Origin: an uncultured delta proteobacterium
Lineage (GTDB): Bacteria > Desulfobacterota > Binatia > Binatales > Binataceae
Direction of reading: 5' to 3'
Assembly: GCA_963711565.1 (NCBI GenBank)
Contig: CAVQEQ010000004.1
Span: 256,001-320,000 of the forward strand
Length of the DNA: 64,000 nucleotides
A program made the translations under genes and the position numbers. The stretch's first letter is position 1; the number at the start of each line of letters is the position of its first letter. This document shows, piece by piece, positions 63,898 through 64,000 of the stretch. The notes below the pieces were generated by a model that was not told the origin of the DNA, ran no database searches, and was given only the letters and a program-made list of their open reading frames with translations.

Positions 63898-64000
63898 GCG
63901 CGATCACGAAAGAGCGCGCCTCTCGATTGCGCGACCGTCCTCGCGTAATTTAGTTTTATCAGCACACAGTGAAAGACCGACCAACCGAGACCGACGCGGC

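Overview
High-GC bacterial chromosomal window. Gene content and repeat style suggest Candidatus Binatus / Binatota, but this is an inference and not a database result. The backbone is housekeeping: cofC-mlaEFDCA, pdhABC...lpdA-lipB-lipA, pfkA, acs, and rimP-nusA-ylxR-infB-DUF503-rbfA...truB-rpsO-pnp-M16...dut. No rRNA, tRNA, CRISPR array or transposase/integrase was seen. Five things stand out. (1) There is a dense, modular set of palindromic repeat families, including a ~200-bp five-hairpin composite present as an inverted pair with compensatory base changes. Members border antisense cargo genes inserted into conserved operons, and two appear to sit in-frame inside protein N-termini. (2) A 1311-aa REase-like/TPR/GreAB-C/PIN conflict protein has a degenerate-looking nuclease site. 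(3) An island splits the PDH operon and carries a zeta-toxin-like ATPase with a frame anomaly. (4) A solo DUF2442-like gene is bracketed by an 18-bp duplication of the neighbouring gene's 3' end. (5) A compact cobalamin riboswitch lies in front of an orphan tonB. Two single-base frame breaks fall in short homopolymers (1918-1920 and 15212-15216) and may be assembly errors.
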